From: an uncultured Clostridia bacterium
GTDB taxonomy: Bacteria; Bacillota; Clostridia; TANB77; CAG-508
Direction: 5' to 3'
DNA: 64,000 bases
Assembly (NCBI GenBank): GCA_934167685.1
Contig: CAKPLQ010000003.1
Location: forward strand, 569 to 64,568
Of this stretch, positions 45,995 through 53,393 are shown piece by piece. Under the pieces are notes generated by a model. That model was given only the letters and a program-made list of their open reading frames with translations. It was not told the DNA's origin and searched no databases. The stretch's first letter is position 1. The number at the start of each line of letters is the position of its first letter. Both the position numbers and the translations under genes were made by a program.

Positions 45995-46235
45995 TGTTTT
46001 CCTCCTTTTTTCTTTCTCTGTAAACTCTTTGATATTCTTTGTTGTATAATTTTTCACAATGTTTGCAATAACAGTTACATCTGTCTTGCTTTTTCATATA
46101 TCTAAATTCTGATTCTTCTTTAACTTCTCCACACATACTGCATTTTCTAACCATTCTCTTTTCTTTAAATAAATCATCATCTAATCCGTGTAGTTTTCTT
46201 GTTGCGATTAGTTCTTCCTTATCTAAATCACTCAT
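45972..46235 (-). CDS. Cys-rich zinc-finger-like protein
   Basis: 87 aa. CSMCGE and CNCYCKHCE, with a basic C-terminus. Confidence 0.5.
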   Translation of the reverse strand: MSDLDKEELIATRKLHGLDDDLFKEKRMVRKCSMCGEVKEESEFRYMKKQDRCNCYCKHCEKLYNKEYQRVYRERKKEENNDNSKSR

Positions 46236-46247
46236 AGTTTTTCTCCT

Positions 46248-46578
46248 TTACTTTATTATTTTTAACGTTAAATCCGGATATTTCTTCTCGAATAACTTGT
46301 GTTTTAACTTAAATACATCAGTTTCTTTTCCTTTGACATCTTCTACTATTATTTTGCCGACCTTGGCAATATGAAAAATCCGCTATGTATTCAATCTTTC
46401 TGTATGTTTTTCCATTTTTCTTAAAGCTTTCTTGTAATAAAAATCTCGGTTGTAGTTCTAAGTTTTGTATCTCTCCTGCTCTTTGTAATAATGCTAATTC
46501 TTTATATCTCTTGCTTTCAGCTATTGAGTCAAATACATACATATCTACTTGTGTCTTTTTATTTCTGTATTTGTTCAT
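46248..46578 (-). pseudogene. DUF1064-family protein, 1-nt frame disruption
   Basis: MNKYRNKKTQVDMYVFDSIAESKRYKEL...EYIADFSY then runs out of frame. The +1 frame gives ...GKIIVEDVKGKETDVFKLKHKLFEKKYPDLTLKIIK and stops at 46248, restoring the family's DVKG C-terminus. T5 (GATTTTTCA) and A4 runs are candidate indel sites. Confidence 0.7.
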
Positions 46579-46613
46579 TCTTCTTTCGCTCCATTTCCAT
46601 AAAATTTTCACAC

Positions 46614-46700
46614 CTATAAACTCCGATGAAATTCCTCTATTTCCAGCCTATTACATCCACAACATCTCTTACAAAGTTTATCTTTTTCTAGTTGTTTCAT
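46614..46700 (-). CDS. Possible 28-aa Cys-rich peptide
   Basis: GAGGTGTGAG RBS then ATG at 46700. Sequence MKQLEKDKLCKRCCGCNRLEIEEFHRSL. Confidence 0.3.
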   Translation of the reverse strand: MKQLEKDKLCKRCCGCNRLEIEEFHRSL

Positions 46701-46701
46701 C

Positions 46702-46881
46702 TCACACCTCTATGTCATTTCTATTGAAATCTACAGATAACATTTCCATAAACTCATTCCAATCTTTTGATTGTTCTATATAACCCTTTACTCTTGTTAG
46801 CGTTCTCCTTTCTCCGTCATCTGCACCTACTGTGTACGAAAATCCCACAGTAAATATTATTAATATAATCTTAACTAACAT
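46702..46881 (-). CDS. Small protein with an N-terminal hydrophobic anchor (59 aa)
   Basis: The ATG at 46881 overlaps the upstream stop. Sequence MLVKIILIIFTVGFSYTVGADDGERRTLTRVKGYIEQSKDWNEFMEMLSVDFNRNDIEV. Just under the track cutoff. Confidence 0.4.
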   Translation of the reverse strand: MLVKIILIIFTVGFSYTVGADDGERRTLTRVKGYIEQSKDWNEFMEMLSVDFNRNDIEV

Positions 46882-47192
46882 TCTTTTACCCTCTCTCTTC
46901 CTAATTCTGTTATTTGATACACAACTTCTTTACAGTGTGTTTCTGTATCTAATTCTTTGCCAACTATACAAACTTGCCTTTTTTCTAATAAGTTCGTCAA
47001 TCTTGGTCTTGCATGATTGTAATCTATCTCTTTTGTATAACCTCGATATGCCATGTATCTTGCAACTTGTTTTGCAGTTAATTCTCTGTATTCACTTAAT
47101 ATCTGCAATACTTGCATTTCTCTTTTTGATTTATTTACTTTTTCATTTGCTTCTCTTCTTGTTTCTTCACTCATTTCATTCATTAGTTTCAC
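46875..47192 (-). CDS. Winged-helix DNA-binding protein
   Basis: 105 aa. MQVLQILSEYRELTAKQVARYM is wHTH-like. Confidence 0.55.
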   Translation of the reverse strand: MKLMNEMSEETRREANEKVNKSKREMQVLQILSEYRELTAKQVARYMAYRGYTKEIDYNHARPRLTNLLEKRQVCIVGKELDTETHCKEVVYQITELGRERVKEC

Positions 47193-47470
47193 TCCTTTAC
47201 TATTTCACACCATTCTAAATTTTTATATAAATGTGCATAAGAGTCATTTATGTAATAATCATTTGGATTTACTGCTATTCTTGACCTTATATCTGCTATT
47301 TTGGGTATAAATTTAACTTCTCTTATTGTCTTGTCAATTGCTTGCTCAAATTCTTTTATATCTGTCTTTTTAAACTCCTCATACCACATCATCATTTCTT
47401 CTCTTGTAAATATTTTGTTGTATGCTGTTTGAACTTTTGATATCTCTCTCTTAAATTCTTCTTTGTTCAT
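47189..47470 (-). CDS. Hypothetical replication-module protein (G39P-like loader?)
   Basis: 93 aa, downstream of the DnaD-domain gene. The resemblance to G39P is weak (FIPKIADI). Confidence 0.4.
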   Translation of the reverse strand: MNKEEFKREISKVQTAYNKIFTREEMMMWYEEFKKTDIKEFEQAIDKTIREVKFIPKIADIRSRIAVNPNDYYINDSYAHLYKNLEWCEIVKE

Positions 47471-47950
47471 TTAGAAATCCACCACCTTGCTTGTATTCTG
47501 CTTTTGACTTTTAAATCCAATTTCATCTGCTTGTATCTTTTCTACAGTATCTATTTTTCTTCTTACATAATCTTGTAATATTGTATCCGCATAATTCCAG
47601 TTAGGATATTGGATTCTAGATGTTTTCGACAACACATAATCTATAACTTCAAACGGTAACTCAGCAAGATATTTTATACATTCATTAATAGCATTTGTAT
47701 TAAAAGAATTTAAACATTCAATAAATCGCTGTTGTAACTTTTTTTCTTTTTCTTTTTTTAATAATAAATCACTATCTATATCTTCTTCATTATCATTATC
47801 TTCTTCATCTTCATTATCATTATCGGGTTTTTTCGGTTCCATTTGGTTTTCTTTAAAACCGTTCGGTTTTTTCGGTTTTTGAATTTTCCTTTTGCTTTTC
47901 TTCTTTTTTAGGTCTACCACCCTTCTTAGCATTCTCTCTATTCTTTTCAC
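47471..47950 (-). CDS. DnaD-domain replication protein (possibly the 3' part of one disrupted gene)
   Basis: The C-terminal domain ...INECIKYLAELPFEVIDYVLSKT...NWNYADTILQDYVRRKIDTVEKI fits the DnaD/replisome-organizer C-terminal pattern. The N-terminal 35 aa of the track ORF overlap the previous gene out of frame. Confidence 0.6.
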   Translation of the reverse strand: MKRIERMLRRVVDLKKKKSKRKIQKPKKPNGFKENQMEPKKPDNDNEDEEDNDNEEDIDSDLLLKKEKEKKLQQRFIECLNSFNTNAINECIKYLAELPFEVIDYVLSKTSRIQYPNWNYADTILQDYVRRKIDTVEKIQADEIGFKSQKQNTSKVVDF

Positions 47951-48194
47951 ATCTAGCTTGATATTTTTCTCTATCCCTGTCTAGTTGTGTTTTTATAAAA
48001 GAGAAAGCCATTTTTAACATACCGTCTAAATTGGGTACTTCACCTGTTTTTTCATATTTAATTATTGCTCTCATAAGCTGTCCGATTTGTTCGTCTGTCA
48101 TTATATTGAATTGCTCTTCATAATCTAAGTACATTAGAAAGCTTGCTTTTTCCATTTTGCTTTCTCCTTTCGTATAATACAAGGGATAAAACAT
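47853..48194 (-). CDS. DUF6291-like protein (possibly the 5' part of the same disrupted gene)
   Basis: MTDEQIGQLMRAIIKYEKTGEVP and KNRENAKKGGRPKK are typical. The stop is created inside CGGTTTTAAAG. Removing one T would read through into KENQMEPKKPDNDNE... of the next ORF. Confidence 0.6.
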   Translation of the reverse strand: MFYPLYYTKGESKMEKASFLMYLDYEEQFNIMTDEQIGQLMRAIIKYEKTGEVPNLDGMLKMAFSFIKTQLDRDREKYQARCEKNRENAKKGGRPKKEEKQKENSKTEKTERF

Positions 48195-48203
48195 TTTTAC
48201 GCC

Positions 48204-48587
48204 TTATCCCTTGTTGTTTGATTTTCCAAATCTCTCTATAAATTCTTCTTTTGTTTTCTTGTAATAGCTTGTCCATGCTTTTTCTGCCAATCTCTTTAAT
48301 TGTCTATTTAATTTATCTCCATTCTTACCATGTACTCCATTCGTTCCACGATGGCTTTCTCTTGTTAAAAATACTATCAAGCCATCATTTATACTCTTTT
48401 GTCTGTAAGCCTTTGAAAAATAAACCTCATGCCTTTCGCAATATATTTCTGTCCTTACTGTGCTATATAATTTGCTTTTTGGCATTATGCAGAAATCTTT
48501 CTCGTGTTTTTTCAGTCTATTTACTGTCTTGTTATGCTCACTTTTTGGAACAGGATGGAAACTTTGGCTTAAATCAGTTACTATCAT
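48204..48587 (-). CDS. Hypothetical recombination-module protein (His-rich, nuclease-like?)
   Basis: 127 aa. CERHEVYF and LTRESHRGTNGVHG. Family uncertain. Confidence 0.45.
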   Translation of the reverse strand: MIVTDLSQSFHPVPKSEHNKTVNRLKKHEKDFCIMPKSKLYSTVRTEIYCERHEVYFSKAYRQKSINDGLIVFLTRESHRGTNGVHGKNGDKLNRQLKRLAEKAWTSYYKKTKEEFIERFGKSNNKG

Positions 48588-49126
48588 TTTTTATCCCAAC
48601 TCTCTAATAATGAGTTGATTTCATTTTGGCTTTTTGTTTCTAAGTTTAAACTCTTTGCTAATTGTATTAATATTTCAATTAATAAACTCATTTCTTTACT
48701 GTCATATGTACTTGATCCATAATAGCAATTTACTTTAACACATTTGTCTTGCCTACTTACCTCTTGTACTAAAAATCCTAAACCTTGTTTTTCCCATATT
48801 CTTTTAAATTTTTCAAATGTTTTTTCTTGTACTATAAATGGTTCAAATGAGCCAACTTGTAATATTGCATCTCTGTATATTTCTTCTTTTGTTGTAATTC
48901 CATTTTTACTTAATTCATTTGCAATATTATTGCATAATACCCAGCAATAAGCATTTGCATCTAATGACCTTTTCTTGTACCATTTTTTCATTTCTATATT
49001 AAGCTTATTTTCGTTTTTTAATTGTTCTACTATATCTAAGCTGTTTGTATCTAAAATCAAGCTTATTTTTGGCTTTCGTGTTTCATAATCTATATCTAAA
49101 TTTGTTATTATTCCTGTTGTTTGCAT
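48584..49126 (-). CDS. NinB/Orf-like recombination mediator
   Basis: 180 aa. KKRSLDANAYCWVLCNNI parallels lambda Orf RSLDQNRKLWACLGDV. SSTYDSKEMSLLIEILIQLAKSLNLE parallels STSRMRVGEFAELLELIQAFG. Confidence 0.6.
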   Translation of the reverse strand: MQTTGIITNLDIDYETRKPKISLILDTNSLDIVEQLKNENKLNIEMKKWYKKRSLDANAYCWVLCNNIANELSKNGITTKEEIYRDAILQVGSFEPFIVQEKTFEKFKRIWEKQGLGFLVQEVSRQDKCVKVNCYYGSSTYDSKEMSLLIEILIQLAKSLNLETKSQNEINSLLESWDKK

Positions 49127-49134
49127 TTGACCAC

Positions 49135-49797
49135 CTACTTTTTATCTGGCATTGTATTGCATTTGTTTAATATTGCTATATATTGCTCTTTTGTTAAATC
49201 ATTCGTGTAAGTTATTCCATAATTTTTTTCTAAAGCTGGTCCAACATCAAATCCTTTTCTTAACATAAGTGCATATATTGATTTTGCTTCTACTTCTGTG
49301 ATTTTATTGTTAGTTGTTCCTGCTTTTGAATTTTTCTTTTTGTATCCATCTTCACTTGGATTTTGGTCTGGATCTTCTCCTGTTATTATTTTGTAACTTT
49401 TCATCAATGCATATTTATCTGAATATGTCATTGCTTTCCCTGACCCCTTGTCTTGGGTATCTATTCCCTCTGCAAAAGTAATTGTCTCTATGTATTCATC
49501 TGGCTTGTCTATATTTACAAATCTATAAGTTGTTTTTATTCTGCTAAAAATATTATTCTTTTCTCCATAATTATTAGTTGTTGTAAACATTGTACTTTCT
49601 AGAACTTCTCTATTTACTGGATAACTATATACTCTATACTTAAATTCCAACTCTTTAACCGCTTTTAAAATATCTGCTTCTCCTACTGCCTTATATGCAC
49701 TCTTACCTTCTCCTACCGTTAAATTTTTATTTACTTTAAATATTTCATTCGTTATATTGGAAAGCTTTTCAAATATATTCATTTCATTAATCTCCAT
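49135..49797 (-). CDS. ERF-family single-strand annealing protein
   Basis: 220 aa. The N-terminal region (IFEKLSNITNEI..., YKAVGEADILKAVKELEFKY) and the module context fit ERF. Confidence 0.65.
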   Translation of the reverse strand: MEINEMNIFEKLSNITNEIFKVNKNLTVGEGKSAYKAVGEADILKAVKELEFKYRVYSYPVNREVLESTMFTTTNNYGEKNNIFSRIKTTYRFVNIDKPDEYIETITFAEGIDTQDKGSGKAMTYSDKYALMKSYKIITGEDPDQNPSEDGYKKKNSKAGTTNNKITEVEAKSIYALMLRKGFDVGPALEKNYGITYTNDLTKEQYIAILNKCNTMPDKK

Positions 49798-49845
49798 ATT
49801 TTTCTCCTCTTTTATCTAATAAATCTAAATAATCCATAATTACAC

Positions 49846-50340
49846 CTACTTTATTCTCAAACTTGTTTTGTCATCTACTATAATTGTTCCAGGTATTATT
49901 TCTCCTGTTTCTTTAAAATGTTTTTTTATTGCTGTTTTATCTATTTTTGTTGTTACTATTTCTTGCTTAAACTCGATTGGTATTTCATCCTCATTTTCTA
50001 TTTCCAATGACATTGGATTCTTTGCTATTGCTAGGCTTCCTAATCCTGTATCTATTTTTGAAAAACCGTTTCTTTCCATACATTCTTTAACATAGTTTTT
50101 AAACTTTTCTATTTTATTTTCTATTCCCTTTCTTTGCTCTGAAATTCTTTTTTCCTCCGTTTTCATTGCATCAACAGTTAATTCCATGTTTCTTACATAA
50201 CCAATTATATTTTGGCTTTTTTCTTGCAATAAAATTGTTAATTCCCTTTCTAATTCCTCTTTTAATTCTGGTGCCATTTCCTCTTGTTCCATTATCATAG
50301 GAAATGCACTTGTAATATTGTATAAACTTAAACTATTCAT
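49846..50340 (-). CDS. Siphovirus Gp157-family protein
   Basis: GGGAGGAAGAAAG RBS before the ATG at 50340 (MNSLSLYNITSAF...). A coiled-coil middle part, and a position upstream of ERF as is usual for this family. Confidence 0.6.
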   Translation of the reverse strand: MNSLSLYNITSAFPMIMEQEEMAPELKEELERELTILLQEKSQNIIGYVRNMELTVDAMKTEEKRISEQRKGIENKIEKFKNYVKECMERNGFSKIDTGLGSLAIAKNPMSLEIENEDEIPIEFKQEIVTTKIDKTAIKKHFKETGEIIPGTIIVDDKTSLRIK

Positions 50341-50496
50341 CTTTCTTCCTCCCATTTATCGTTTATTTCGCACTCTTCTTTTATTAATGCGAATATGTCT
50401 CCGTCATCTTCCATCTTTTCTCTCCCTCTTGATTTCTATTTAATTTTTTGCTATAATTAAATAGAATCATATGTTTATATAAGTGTTTGATTTGAG

Positions 50497-50682
50497 TTAT
50501 TTTTGCGGAGTGGTATTTGTAAAAATAACTCTTTTTATTTTGTCTACTGTTTCGTAATACATTTCATGTGTTCTATCTGCTCTTTTTAAGATATTTTCAA
50601 TTTCATTTAGCTTTCTATAATGAGTTACTGCTCTTTGTTCTGCATTTTCCCATCCTTCTCTTAATTGTTTCTTTGTTTCCAT
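50497..50682 (-). CDS. Hypothetical phage protein
   Basis: 61 aa, helical. Confidence 0.45.
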   Translation of the reverse strand: METKKQLREGWENAEQRAVTHYRKLNEIENILKRADRTHEMYYETVDKIKRVIFTNTTPQK

Positions 50683-50697
50683 TTCCTCACTTCCTTC

Positions 50698-50868
50698 CTA
50701 AATATTTTTTAATATGTATACAATGCTAATTGCTAGCAATACATAAACTAAATTCATTATTGCATTCATTGTTACTATTTTTGATAATGTTTCTGCTACT
50801 AAAAACATTACAAATATAAATGCTAATGCTATTATCCAAAATATAAATCCTCTTATTGAATTTTTCAT
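50698..50868 (-). CDS. Small two-TM membrane protein (56 aa)
   Basis: Below the track cutoff. GGAGGAAAACAA RBS then ATG at 50868. Sequence MKNSIRGFIFWIIALAFIFVMFLVAETLSKIVTMNAIMNLVYVLLAISIVYILKNI. Confidence 0.45.
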   Translation of the reverse strand: MKNSIRGFIFWIIALAFIFVMFLVAETLSKIVTMNAIMNLVYVLLAISIVYILKNI

Positions 50869-50880
50869 TTGTTTTCCTCC

Positions 50881-51129
50881 TTAATTTTTTACTTGACTAG
50901 CTGTTGTCAAAATTGTATTTATTATTGTTTTTAATTTTGTATTTTCTTCTTTTACTTTGTCATATTGTCCCTTAGGAACTGAATCATCATCTACTGCTAT
51001 TTTGTAATATCCTCCTTCTGTCATAAAATGTTTTAATTGATTAGTTCTGCATAATCGTTTAACTTCTTCAACTCCTATTCCAGATTGTCTGCTATATTCC
51101 TCAGCAGAGACATACTTAGGTATTGACAT
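50881..51129 (-). CDS. Excisionase-type / MerR-like HTH protein
   Basis: 82 aa. YVSAEEYSRQSGIGVEEVKRLCRTNQLKHFMTEGGYYKI fits the HTH_17/excisionase pattern. Confidence 0.55.
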   Translation of the reverse strand: MSIPKYVSAEEYSRQSGIGVEEVKRLCRTNQLKHFMTEGGYYKIAVDDDSVPKGQYDKVKEENTKLKTIINTILTTASQVKN

Positions 51130-51877
51130 CTATATCACCTCTTTTTTCTATCACAGGAACTATGTTATTTTTCTTTAATAACTCATATAAAAACAATCTG
51201 CCTTTTTGTGTCCATTTAGTATTCATTGTTACATCTTTTCTTCCATCTGAATGTGTATATTCAACCGTTTCACTATGTGTATATCCGCAATTATGATAGT
51301 TACTATATAAAAACCATTGATGTCCTTGTTTATACTGTACTTTTAATTCATGTAATTTTTTATTAAATGCTTTTGCAGACATTCCATAATCTTTAGCTAT
51401 TGCCGTTATAGTCACTAATGCTTTACTTTGTAAGATTTGGTCTAGGTAATCTGCTTTAGGTTTTAATTCTCCAATTAGTTGTTTTTGTTGTGTATTTTCT
51501 AACTGTAAAACATTCAATTTACTTTCTGCTATTTTTAATGCTCTAGCCATTATTTTTTCTGGACTGTTAAAATCTTTTTCTACTTGTATAAAGTATTGTC
51601 TTACCTTTTTACCATTTTCATTTCTTTGTATCATTGCAATTTCTTTTGCCATATCTAATTTAATTGCATGGTCATTATATGCCGTTTCATTTCCTTGAGC
51701 TGTTACTCTTTTTTGAGTAATAGTACAATAGTCTTGATTTTCTATAAATCCGTAATCTTTCATTCTATTAAACCAATCATTGTATCTTGTACTTACTCCT
51801 AATGCTTTGTATAATTCTCTGCCATTTACTATTGGCTCTTGATTTTCATTTAGGTCTATTTTTATTAAATCTTTCAT
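51116..51877 (-). CDS. Phage antirepressor (AntA-like N-terminus plus KilA-C/ANT C-terminus)
   Basis: 253 aa. VNGRELYKALGVSTRYNDWFNRMKDYGFIENQDY, and ITAIAKDYGMSAKAFNKKLHELKVQY. Confidence 0.75.
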   Translation of the reverse strand: MKDLIKIDLNENQEPIVNGRELYKALGVSTRYNDWFNRMKDYGFIENQDYCTITQKRVTAQGNETAYNDHAIKLDMAKEIAMIQRNENGKKVRQYFIQVEKDFNSPEKIMARALKIAESKLNVLQLENTQQKQLIGELKPKADYLDQILQSKALVTITAIAKDYGMSAKAFNKKLHELKVQYKQGHQWFLYSNYHNCGYTHSETVEYTHSDGRKDVTMNTKWTQKGRLFLYELLKKNNIVPVIEKRGDIDVNT

Positions 51878-51897
51878 TTTGCCCTCCTTTTTATATT

Positions 51898-52638
51898 TTA
51901 ATTTGCATACTTCCAGATAAAACCTCCAGCAGTCTTAGTTAATCCTCTTAAATTTGCACTTATAGAAGGTGCTACCATCTTCATTTTTCTACTTGCTTCT
52001 GCTATAGATTCCCATTCAGTAATAAATTTTCCATTTATATCATATTGCTTTATTTTTTTAGATGTTGCTTTTCTTGCCGCTTCTTTTCTTATATTGTCAT
52101 GTCCTTGAAATGGTGTTAACCCTTTTCTTACTCTTTCACTTATTGTTGAGTAAGGGATATTTAAAATTTCTGACCATTCTTTAATAGAATGTGTTTCCCC
52201 CTTATGTGTAATATAATGGTGTGTTTCTTTTAGTGGTTTTAACAAATCTTCATTTTTCCAACCTTGTTTTATCCTTTTATAAATTTGCTTTGAATCTACA
52301 CCAGAAATTTCAGCCCATTCACACATCAATTTCGTTTCACCACTTATTGTAATCTTACGATTTGTTCTTTGATTTCTATTTTGTTCTTTTCTAGTTGCCC
52401 ATCTACAGTTATCAGGACTATATCCTTTATCATTATCAATCCTATCAAGAGTTAATCCAACTTTATATCCTGACTTATTTGCCCATTCACAGAATTTTTC
52501 ATAGTCTTCTTTCCATTCATCACATATTGTTATGCCTCTACCTCCATAGTTATAATAGTAAGTGTGTTTTTTGTTATAGCATCTGTTTATCATTCCTCTC
52601 CATCTTCTATAATGCGTATAATCATTGTATTTTTTCAT
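51898..52638 (-). CDS. HNH-type endonuclease-like protein with NUMOD-like DNA-binding repeats
   Basis: 246 aa. YRRWRGMINRC...YGGRGITICDEW...LDRIDNDKGYSPDNCRWATRKEQNRN, then the repeated HTH-like modules WAEISGV, WSEILNIPYSTI and WESIAEASRKM...AGGFIWKY. Confidence 0.65.
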   Translation of the reverse strand: MKKYNDYTHYRRWRGMINRCYNKKHTYYYNYGGRGITICDEWKEDYEKFCEWANKSGYKVGLTLDRIDNDKGYSPDNCRWATRKEQNRNQRTNRKITISGETKLMCEWAEISGVDSKQIYKRIKQGWKNEDLLKPLKETHHYITHKGETHSIKEWSEILNIPYSTISERVRKGLTPFQGHDNIRKEAARKATSKKIKQYDINGKFITEWESIAEASRKMKMVAPSISANLRGLTKTAGGFIWKYAN

Positions 52639-52703
52639 TATCCTCTCGCCTTTCCGTAATTCATGATTTACACAGAATTTAAAAAAATAAAGTTATTCAT
52701 GAT

Positions 52704-52898
52704 TTACATTTCTTCATAGAATACATTTTCAACTTTTCTTTTTAATGCTTTAGCAATATTTAACATTGTGTTTCCATTCGGAACTGTACCATTCTCTATT
52801 GCTGATAAAGCTACCCTTGAAATATCAGACATCTTAGCTAATTCCTCTTGTGTTATGCCTTCTTCATTTCTTATTTCTGCGATTTTATTTTTTATCAT
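52704..52898 (-). CDS. Cro-like XRE HTH regulator
   Basis: 64 aa. RNEEGITQEELAKMSDISRVALSAIENG. Divergent from the cI-like gene. Confidence 0.8.
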   Translation of the reverse strand: MIKNKIAEIRNEEGITQEELAKMSDISRVALSAIENGTVPNGNTMLNIAKALKRKVENVFYEEM

Positions 52899-52949
52899 TT
52901 TTCCCCCTCCCTCCTTAGTTCATGTTAATCATACATTACATTTTTAGTT

Positions 52950-52969
52950 TTGTCAAGCATAATTTACAT
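52950..52969. promoter_or_regulatory. Candidate operator (imperfect inverted repeat)
   Basis: TTGTCAA-gcataa-TTTACAT in the cI/cro divergent region. Confidence 0.4.
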
Positions 52970-52995
52970 TTTTTTTTAAAATTTTTCTTGTATTT

Positions 52996-53015
52996 TTGTA
53001 AAGTAGAGTTTACAA
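52996..53015. promoter_or_regulatory. Candidate operator (perfect 7-bp arms)
   Basis: TTGTAAA-gtagag-TTTACAA, about 20 nt upstream of the cI-like start. Confidence 0.5.
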
Positions 53016-53035
53016 TATATATAGGAGGAGATTTT

Positions 53036-53380
53036 ATGGAAAATAAACTTGGAAATTTCTTAAGAGAAAAACGCGGTTCAACATCTTTGAGAGATTTTGC
53101 AAAAAAATTAGACATAAGCCATACTTACCTAGATAGTATAGAAAAAGGCTATGACAGTAGAAATAAAAAACCGTTGAGAATTACTGTTGATACTTTGTCA
53201 AAAATTGCAAAAGCTTTAGATGAGCCTTTAGACAAATTAGTAGCTTATTCCGAAAACAAAGATTATAATCCTCAAATTGGTGATATTTATATGCATTTAG
53301 CAAAAGAAGCACAAGATTTAAATCTAGATAAAGAGGATGTTGATTATATCATTAATCTTTATAAAAAATATAAAAGGTAA
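53036..53380 (+). CDS. cI-like XRE-family repressor
   Basis: AGGAGG RBS then ATG at 53036 (MENKLGNFLREKRGSTSLRDFAKKLDISHTYLDSIEKG). The track start at 52922 has no RBS and reads through the promoter region. Confidence 0.8.
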   Translation: MENKLGNFLREKRGSTSLRDFAKKLDISHTYLDSIEKGYDSRNKKPLRITVDTLSKIAKALDEPLDKLVAYSENKDYNPQIGDIYMHLAKEAQDLNLDKEDVDYIINLYKKYKR

Positions 53381-53393
53381 TTAAGGAGTTTTT

